NCBI GenBank assembly: GCA_965223335.1 | Contig: OZ244991.1 | Coordinates: 192,001-256,000 of the forward strand | Origin: Thermodesulfobacteriota bacterium | Lineage (GTDB): Bacteria > Desulfobacterota_D > UBA1144 > Nemesobacterales > UBA2774 | DNA: 64,000 nucleotides | Direction: 5' to 3' | Shown: in pieces, positions 58,137 through 64,000 of the stretch | How the letters are laid out: each line of letters opens with the position of its first letter | How positions within the stretch are numbered: the first letter of the stretch is position 1 | Program-made: the position numbers and the translations under genes | The notes under the pieces: model-generated | Told to the model about the DNA's origin: nothing | What the model saw: only the letters and a program-made list of their open reading frames with translations | Database searches by the model: none

Positions 58137-58990
58137 TTTACATACCGTCCTATCAATATACCCAATTGTTGTTTGTCCGAAATCGATATCTCTTCGCTTG
58201 GTGTAATGATCGCATCACGAAGGGCACTGGCACATACACACTGCCTGCTCCCTTGTATAATCCCCGGCACACTCGCTATGACCTCTTTAGCCAGCGATAC
58301 GTTTTTGTTAAGTGTTTCGATAAGATCCTCGACCGTTACATCGTCGTGCTCGGTGTGCCAACAGTCATAATCCGTAGAGAGCGCAAGTGTAGAATAGCAA
58401 ATCTCGGCCTCACGGGCAAGCTTGGCCTCGGGCATGTTTGTCATGCCTATCACATCCACCCCCCAACTCCTGTACAGATTACTCTCGGCCCTTGTGGAGA
58501 ACTGAGGCCCCTCGATACATATATAGACCCCGCCCCTATGCACAATGGCCCCGTGTTCGGACGAGGCTTTATAGAGTGCCTCTGCTAGGACCGGGCACAC
58601 GGGATCAGCCATAGAAACATGCGCCACAACACCACTGCCAAAGAAGCTGGACTGCCTGGATTTTGTGTGGTCGATGAACTGTTTTGGTATTACCACGTGG
58701 CCGGGCTCAATATCCTCACGCATACTCCCCACTGCACTTACCGATACTATCCACTCCACTCCCAGGGTCTTGAGCGCATAGATGTTAGCCCTGTAGTTTA
58801 TATCCGAGGGCATGATCTTGTGCCCTTTACCATGGCGGGGTAAAAACACCATGCGAGTGTCACCCAGGGTGCCGGTTACGAGTTCTCCCGAGGGTTTGCC
58901 CCAAGGTGTATCAACAGAAACCTGCTCGATATCGCCTAGCCCCTCGATCTCGTATAAACCGCTGCCGCCTATTATCCCGATCGTTTTCAT
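58133..58990 (-). CDS. mtnP: S-methyl-5'-thioadenosine phosphorylase; likely start ATG 58990
   Basis: IGIIGGSGLY, PRHG, EGPQFSTRAES, GMTNMPEAKLAREAE and TDYDCW motifs; GAGGTG SD before 58990. Confidence 0.95.
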   Translation of the reverse strand: MKTIGIIGGSGLYEIEGLGDIEQVSVDTPWGKPSGELVTGTLGDTRMVFLPRHGKGHKIMPSDINYRANIYALKTLGVEWIVSVSAVGSMREDIEPGHVVIPKQFIDHTKSRQSSFFGSGVVAHVSMADPVCPVLAEALYKASSEHGAIVHRGGVYICIEGPQFSTRAESNLYRSWGVDVIGMTNMPEAKLAREAEICYSTLALSTDYDCWHTEHDDVTVEDLIETLNKNVSLAKEVIASVPGIIQGSRQCVCASALRDAIITPSEEISISDKQQLGILIGRYVK

Positions 58991-59054
58991 TTGCACCTCT
59001 TCGGATTTGGGCACTTAACCTAACATTGTTAGAACTAACGGTCAACAATAACTG

Positions 59055-59711
59055 TCAACCGGGGTCTACTGGCCTCACCACAATTACGAGCCTCTCGCTA
59101 TTGTTAAATGGAAGCCGGAGCTCGTCTCTCTCCATGACCTCAAAACTCCGCAAGATACCAGCAGGCAGTTCACTTAACTCTTGGGCACCCTTTTTACCCC
59201 TCATCAATATGATCTTACCACTTGGTTTTAGATACGGAGTGCTTAGCTTAATCATGGTTTCTATATCAGCCAGAGCCCTTGAGATTACGACATCAAACGA
59301 TTCTGCGCTCAGTTGCTCTAAATCCTCACCCGCCCTACCCCACAGAGCCTTTATATTCGAGAGCCCAAGCTCCCGTATGACCTCGCGCATAAAAGAAACC
59401 TTTTTATGAACAGAGTCTATTAACGTAACATCCGCACCCTCTATTATTATTTTTATAGGTATACCCGGAAAACCGGCCCCCGATCCTATGTCGAGCACCC
59501 GGTCGGTCGGGTCTACATATTTTAGTGCTGTGATTGAATCCAAAAAGTGGTTGATGACAATCTCGTTGCTATCTTTTGTGCCGGTAAGGTTAAATTTCTT
59601 GTTCCATTTATCGAGTAGATCTAAATAACGGAGGAAAGCGTCGGTTTGAGCCGCGTCGAGCTCTACACCAAGCTCATCTGCACCCTGTTCAAGCAACTCT
59701 CTCGGTTTCAA
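59055..59711 (-). CDS. rsmG: 16S rRNA m7G527 methyltransferase
   Basis: WNKKFNLT, HFLDS, DIGSGAGFPGIP and SRAL motifs. Confidence 0.96.
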   Translation of the reverse strand: MKPRELLEQGADELGVELDAAQTDAFLRYLDLLDKWNKKFNLTGTKDSNEIVINHFLDSITALKYVDPTDRVLDIGSGAGFPGIPIKIIIEGADVTLIDSVHKKVSFMREVIRELGLSNIKALWGRAGEDLEQLSAESFDVVISRALADIETMIKLSTPYLKPSGKIILMRGKKGAQELSELPAGILRSFEVMERDELRLPFNNSERLVIVVRPVDPG

Positions 59712-60517
59712 TTGAGCACCCTAAGCGATATCGGGTGTTCTATGGTCAACATCGGTTTCCCTCGATACATGCGCACTCTGCCAATGGCCTCTACATCCTT
59801 GCCAAAATAATGAGTAAAAGGATCGATATCGAAAAACTCAAAGTTGTCTAAGTCTGAGTTGTAAATTATTAACTCCACATCATCTCCTATCTCAAGTGCC
59901 ACAACATTGTCGTTTGCCCTGGTGTCGGTAATGTTACCCCTGAGTACCACTAGCCTGTCTACATAGCGAGAAGCGTCTTTGGGCTTTATAAGAAATTTGC
60001 TGTTCCCCCCAGGCGGTGCTATTTGGTCTATAGGGCCCCAGATACCCCTTTTCTGCTCCTTTGCACTCTGCTCGGCCTCATAAAGAGAGTCGGCATAAAG
60101 ATCATTGGGCTCGATGACAAGCACCCTGGCGTTACCGGTTCTAACCAGCTCCTCGCTTAGGGAAACCCCGTCCACATACACATAGGCAAGGAGTCTTCCA
60201 TAGCGGTCATACTTCTGTTTATCAAAACGCAGCTCTATATCCTTACCCCCGACCAGCTTTTTGTTTAGCTCCCATGACTCGAGTGACATCGGTTCCCCAG
60301 GTGCGTCCTCAAGCGGGATCTCGGGCGCATCTATACCCAGGTACCTGACCTTTGAATTCGAAGGATCATTAATGAGGATTGTATCGCCGTCTATCACCTG
60401 CACAACCCTATAGGACTCGGTTTCCGTATGCGGTGGGCGGGTGTCCAAGTAATACCCAAGTGCTACTAGAGCCAGTGCCAAGGCTATAAAAACTAGGTTT
60501 CTATGAAAAGGTTTCAT
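59708..60517 (-). CDS. Membrane-anchored thermonuclease (SNase) with a C-terminal OB-fold-like domain
   Basis: VIDGDT, RYLGIDAPE, DRYGRLLAYVY and AKEQKRGIW motifs; beta-rich C-terminus. Confidence 0.88.
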   Translation of the reverse strand: MKPFHRNLVFIALALALVALGYYLDTRPPHTETESYRVVQVIDGDTILINDPSNSKVRYLGIDAPEIPLEDAPGEPMSLESWELNKKLVGGKDIELRFDKQKYDRYGRLLAYVYVDGVSLSEELVRTGNARVLVIEPNDLYADSLYEAEQSAKEQKRGIWGPIDQIAPPGGNSKFLIKPKDASRYVDRLVVLRGNITDTRANDNVVALEIGDDVELIIYNSDLDNFEFFDIDPFTHYFGKDVEAIGRVRMYRGKPMLTIEHPISLRVLN

Positions 60518-61329
60518 TCCTCGTCATCCGCTTGTTTAGGTTCGTCTGTGTTCAAATCAAGCGCAACGTTTGCTTTACGCCCGAATGTAAGAAACCCCGT
60601 GTGACTGACCATCCGATCCACGGGCCTCGTCTTCCCCGTGCTCACACGAATTGGCCTCATTAAAAGCTCAACCGTTTCAATGTACACAAACCCATGCTCC
60701 CGAAGGCTCTCCACAGCCCTCTCGACCTGATTATAAGTAGGCGAGAGGCTTGCTATCCTGCCCCCTCCCCTAAGTGCATCTTTAGCTGCAGGGATTCCCC
60801 ACCACGGCGACGGGAGGTCAAGCACCACTACATCTACATCGCTTTCATTAAACCCCTCATCGACCTCGCGCAAGTTAAAATCTACATGTTGGGCCAGTCC
60901 TGCGTTCTCAACGTTTAACCTCGCGTTATCTAGGAACTTCTCTCGACGATCGTAAGTGTAGACCCTCCCCCCGGGGGCTACGGCATTGGCAAGGGCTATT
61001 GTAAGTGCTCCCGAGCCCGCGCCGCATTCTATTACACTCATACCGGATGTAATCCCAGTTTTTAGCACGATAAGTGCGGCGTCCTTAGGATAGATGATCT
61101 GAGTGTGCCGCTTTACCTTCATCATCTTGTCCTCGAGCGTGGGCTCGAGCAACAAGAACCGATGCCCCATGTTAGTAAATATCGCGTCGCCATACTCCTT
61201 TTCGAGTGCGTCATCAAAACTAAGCTCGCCCAAATGAGTGCCCATAGACCGGCCCTCCCTCACACGTACCAGATAGGTCTTTTCATCCGGGGAGTAAAGC
61301 AACACATAGTCGTCGCTTTTTATTTTCAT
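60514..61329 (-). CDS. trmI: tRNA (adenine-58-N1)-methyltransferase
   Basis: RHTQIIYPKD, ECGAGSGALT, LDLPSPW and HTGFL motifs. Confidence 0.93.
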   Translation of the reverse strand: MKIKSDDYVLLYSPDEKTYLVRVREGRSMGTHLGELSFDDALEKEYGDAIFTNMGHRFLLLEPTLEDKMMKVKRHTQIIYPKDAALIVLKTGITSGMSVIECGAGSGALTIALANAVAPGGRVYTYDRREKFLDNARLNVENAGLAQHVDFNLREVDEGFNESDVDVVVLDLPSPWWGIPAAKDALRGGGRIASLSPTYNQVERAVESLREHGFVYIETVELLMRPIRVSTGKTRPVDRMVSHTGFLTFGRKANVALDLNTDEPKQADDEE

Positions 61330-61371
61330 ATGTCCGCAATGTTAAATAAATTTGTGGTTGTTATCAAGCAA

Positions 61372-62520
61372 CTACTCGGGCTCAAGCAGCATAAAAAATA
61401 CGAATCCACACAACACCACAACACCGGTAACTACATACATCGTATCGTACCCATAATCACGAGCTATCACTCCGAGAGGGAAAGCCAAAAAGTTTATACC
61501 CATGCTAAACGATGCATTAAATGCCCCCATGGCCTTGCCACGCTCATCAGGACGTGCCTTATCAATGACCATGGCGCTAAAGACCGGGTAGAGCAGACCG
61601 TAACCGAAACTAAACAGAAACGAGATCAGCACAGCCGTAAGCACAGAGTCAACGAGCATCATCAAGATAAGCGAGATCCCGACCACTAGAATGCTGGGGA
61701 GTGCTATAGCACGCCTGCCAATTCGGTCCGAGAGCCTGCCGCCCAGAATTCTTATGGATGTAACCACTATTGTGTAGGTTAGGAAAAAACTAAAAGCCAC
61801 TATCCCCTTTGAGCGCAGATAGGGTGCGACAAAATTTAGAATCGACCCGAGCCCACCGGCTATGATCAGGTTTGTGGCAAGCAGAGCCGCATATCTCTTA
61901 GAGACAACGAGCCTAAAAAAGTCGAACCCAAACCGGTCGGAGGACAACTCGAACTCACCGTCTTCAGTAAACAAAACCAGTACCAGTGCAATTAAACTGA
62001 ACCCGGACGAGAATATAAAAAACACCTTGAAACCCAGGCTAAGAAGTATTACCTCTCCCAACGAGGGCCCAATAGCGTACGCGGCAATTGTAAAGGCACC
62101 AAATATACCAAGCCCCTGCGCCCTCCTATTTGCCGGCACATAATCCGACACAAACGTACCGGCAGAGGTAAAAAACAGGGCAAACCCAACACCCTGCAAC
62201 AAACGGTAAACATAAAATAGATCACCTAATGCACTTAACCGCGAGTAGCTTATGGACGCCACAAACATAATCGCAGCACCCAGGAGCATGAATTTTTTCC
62301 TGCCGTACCGATCCAAAAGATAGGCTACAAACGGGATAGCGCCCAGCGAGGTAATACCGAACGAACCCATTATAAAACCGATTTTAGCCTCATCCCCTCC
62401 CAGGCTCTCGATGTAAAGCGGTAGGAGAAAAAATGACGAGAAATTACAAAAGAAAAAGAAATTAGCAACTGTGGCAAGTGTAAAATTCCTTAGCTGCTTT
62501 GGGGTGAGAGATGAAATCAT
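61372..62520 (-). CDS. MFS transporter
   Basis: 12 TM pattern; LLDRYGRKK and GRLSDRIGRR loop motifs. Confidence 0.93.
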   Translation of the reverse strand: MISSLTPKQLRNFTLATVANFFFFCNFSSFFLLPLYIESLGGDEAKIGFIMGSFGITSLGAIPFVAYLLDRYGRKKFMLLGAAIMFVASISYSRLSALGDLFYVYRLLQGVGFALFFTSAGTFVSDYVPANRRAQGLGIFGAFTIAAYAIGPSLGEVILLSLGFKVFFIFSSGFSLIALVLVLFTEDGEFELSSDRFGFDFFRLVVSKRYAALLATNLIIAGGLGSILNFVAPYLRSKGIVAFSFFLTYTIVVTSIRILGGRLSDRIGRRAIALPSILVVGISLILMMLVDSVLTAVLISFLFSFGYGLLYPVFSAMVIDKARPDERGKAMGAFNASFSMGINFLAFPLGVIARDYGYDTMYVVTGVVVLCGFVFFMLLEPE

Positions 62521-62604
62521 ATCATGCCCGAGAGTGTCTATTTAAACCTGAATTCATGGCTGATTACAATGAGTTGCGTAAATATGAAATCATACACAGA
62601 ATCT

Positions 62605-62632
62605 TTGACAATGTATAACGACATGATATTAT
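62605..62632 (+). promoter_or_regulatory. Sigma70 promoter of the tRNA-Lys/Glu pair
   Basis: TTGACA, N16, extended -10 TGnTATTAT. Confidence 0.6.
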
Positions 62633-62646
62633 TTACCCTTCGAATC

Positions 62647-62719
62647 GAGCCGTTAGCTCAGTTGGTAGAGCAGCTGCCTTTTAAGCAGCGGGCCGCAGGT
62701 TCGAATCCTGCACGGCTCA
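62647..62719 (+). tRNA. tRNA-Lys (TTT); CCA not encoded
   Basis: GAGCCGT/ACGGCTC acceptor, GCTGC/GCAGC anticodon stem with loop CTTTTAA, T-loop TTCGAAT. Confidence 0.96.
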
Positions 62720-62731
62720 TTCGCTTTTCCC

Positions 62732-62806
62732 GTCCCCGTCGTCTAGCCTGGCCCAGGACACCGGCCTTTCACGCCGGTAACAGGGGTTCAAATCCCCTCG
62801 GGGACG
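62732..62806 (+). tRNA. tRNA-Glu (TTC); CCA not encoded
   Basis: GTCCCCG/CGGGGAC acceptor, CCGGC/GCCGG stem with loop CTTTCAC, T-loop TTCAAAT. Confidence 0.96.
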
Positions 62807-63076
62807 CAACTAACTTTTTAGCATAAAATCATCCTACACTACTCCATCGAGTTGAGCTCTAACCTACACTATTTATTGATTTATCTTGATATTGTTAAGA
62901 ACTGTAAATATTAGAGTAACGGTATGTTTAAACACTAAGCGAGATCATGATAAGCCCCCCGAGAGGAACCGCAATCATTGTCGTCACAACGGGAATGTGG
63001 TTTTAAAAAGAGAGCTGGAACTTCAACTCCACAGGTTTTCAAATGTAATTGATGAGGTAGGAGGTCTAGTTCTACA

Positions 63077-63571
63077 CTACAGGCCTTTTAGTATTTCAGC
63101 TCTTTTGCTTGCGTATTCAGCGTTGGTAATGAGACCCTGGGCTTTGAGCGTATCCAGTTCTTGTAGCCTGGCTGCAGTACTAGAGCTATTGCCCGAGCCC
63201 TGGTAAGCTTGGTTATATAACCTTGATCTTTCTTGCTGCTGCGACTGGATAATTGCATTTCTGTTTTTGAGTTCCGCTTTAACCCGCATCTTCTCCCACT
63301 CGAGTCTCTCTTTTTCATAACGGGCTTGACGCTGTTTTGCTCGGGTCTTTCTCCGCTGGGCCTTGGATGCTCCTACAGCAAGCCCAGTACCCCCGCCCAG
63401 CACGGCTCCCACTGCTGCTCCGTCTCCCCCACCGGCAATCCCGCCTATCACAGAGCCCAGTACCGCACCTCCAAGTGCCTCCCCCCATGGGCCAGCATTA
63501 GCCGAATACCCCGGTAATAACATCGACACACATACTGCTATGATGACTGTTATGATTCCTAATCTCCGCAT
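63077..63571 (-). CDS. Exported glycine-zipper protein with a C-terminal SHOCT domain
   Basis: Signal peptide; GGAVLGSVIGGIAGG..GAAVGAVLGG; ARLQELDTLKAQGLITNAEYASKRAEIL; GGAGG RBS. Confidence 0.85.
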   Translation of the reverse strand: MRRLGIITVIIAVCVSMLLPGYSANAGPWGEALGGAVLGSVIGGIAGGGDGAAVGAVLGGGTGLAVGASKAQRRKTRAKQRQARYEKERLEWEKMRVKAELKNRNAIIQSQQQERSRLYNQAYQGSGNSSSTAARLQELDTLKAQGLITNAEYASKRAEILKGL

Positions 63572-63624
63572 TACTACTGCCTCCTAATCACAGGGTTTTT
63601 GTGAACACCGCTAACTCCGTACAT

Positions 63625-64000
63625 TTATTTAACCTCTTTACCATCCTTCCACATCTGCTCTATCCGAGTACCGTCTGCCTTCGTAACCATTACCTTCCCG
63701 TCGGGAAAACCGTTTACAAAATTGCCGCTTAATACATCACCATCAAGCGAGGTATACGTACCCGTGCCCTCTGCCTCTCCGTTTTTAAAACTACCCTTAT
63801 ACGTTCCGCTGTCGGGTGTCATATACACACCTTGTCCCCAGGGTAAACCGTCTTTAAATTCACCGCTATACTCCCCTCCATCGGGGTAAAGCAAAGTCCC
63901 CTTACCCTGCCGTTTTCCGTTTACATACTCTCCCCTGTACTCTTCGCCCGAGCTGTTGCCGTCAAAACCCTCTCCTTCGGGCTCTCCATTTTTAAGATTC
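63625..64000 (-). CDS. MORN-repeat protein, C-terminal part; the start lies beyond the right edge
   Basis: Frame stays open to the window end (..YRGEYVNGKRQGKGTLLYPDGGEYSGEFKDGLPWGQG..), with repeated YxGxFxxGxxxGxG units. Confidence 0.88.
   Translation of the reverse strand, partial: NLKNGEPEGEGFDGNSSGEEYRGEYVNGKRQGKGTLLYPDGGEYSGEFKDGLPWGQGVYMTPDSGTYKGSFKNGEAEGTGTYTSLDGDVLSGNFVNGFPDGKVMVTKADGTRIEQMWKDGKEVK

Noticed and set aside
62524..62826. 100-aa ORF
   Set aside because: It is a translation through tRNA-Lys and tRNA-Glu
62807..63076. Integration site or ncRNA downstream of tRNA-Glu (CCTACACTA occurs twice)
   Set aside because: The repeat is only 9 bp, and there is no integrase or tRNA-end duplication within the window

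Overview
A 64-kb window of gene-dense bacterial chromosome with about 65 CDS and three tRNAs (fMet-CAT, Lys-TTT, Glu-TTC). I saw no rRNA, CRISPR array, integrase, transposase or phage genes. Most of it is core or housekeeping: yhcC-type radical SAM (cut by the left edge), nth, ferredoxin, secG, tpiA, aminotransferase, def, IHF/HU, lspA, ribE, aroK, trxA, a TetR-regulated RND efflux system, msrA, cstA with an NtrBC-like two-component pair, hemA/hemC, folE, nuoM, cytochrome c peroxidase, SufT/Mrp, DnaJ, hldE, mtnP, rsmG and trmI. The gene content suggests a deltaproteobacteria-like lineage, possibly Ca. Dadabacteria; this is inference only. The most notable items are: (1) an AT-richer islet next to tRNA-fMet with a secreted protein made of 14 tandem 11-aa (33-bp) repeats, a GlsB/YeaQ/YmgE membrane protein, and a basic protein with a duplicated LNxPLPGT motif; (2) folE coupled to two tandem PTPS-II-like genes, one with Ser in place of the catalytic Cys; (3) a Zymomonas/plant-type pyruvate decarboxylase facing an atypical nitroreductase; (4) a 470-aa divergent nitroreductase-fold protein; (5) a DEDDh exonuclease-WYL fusion; (6) several sigma70 promoters positioned for leaderless translation; and (7) many normally operonic genes occurring alone. 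All functional calls come from reading motifs by eye, without database searches.
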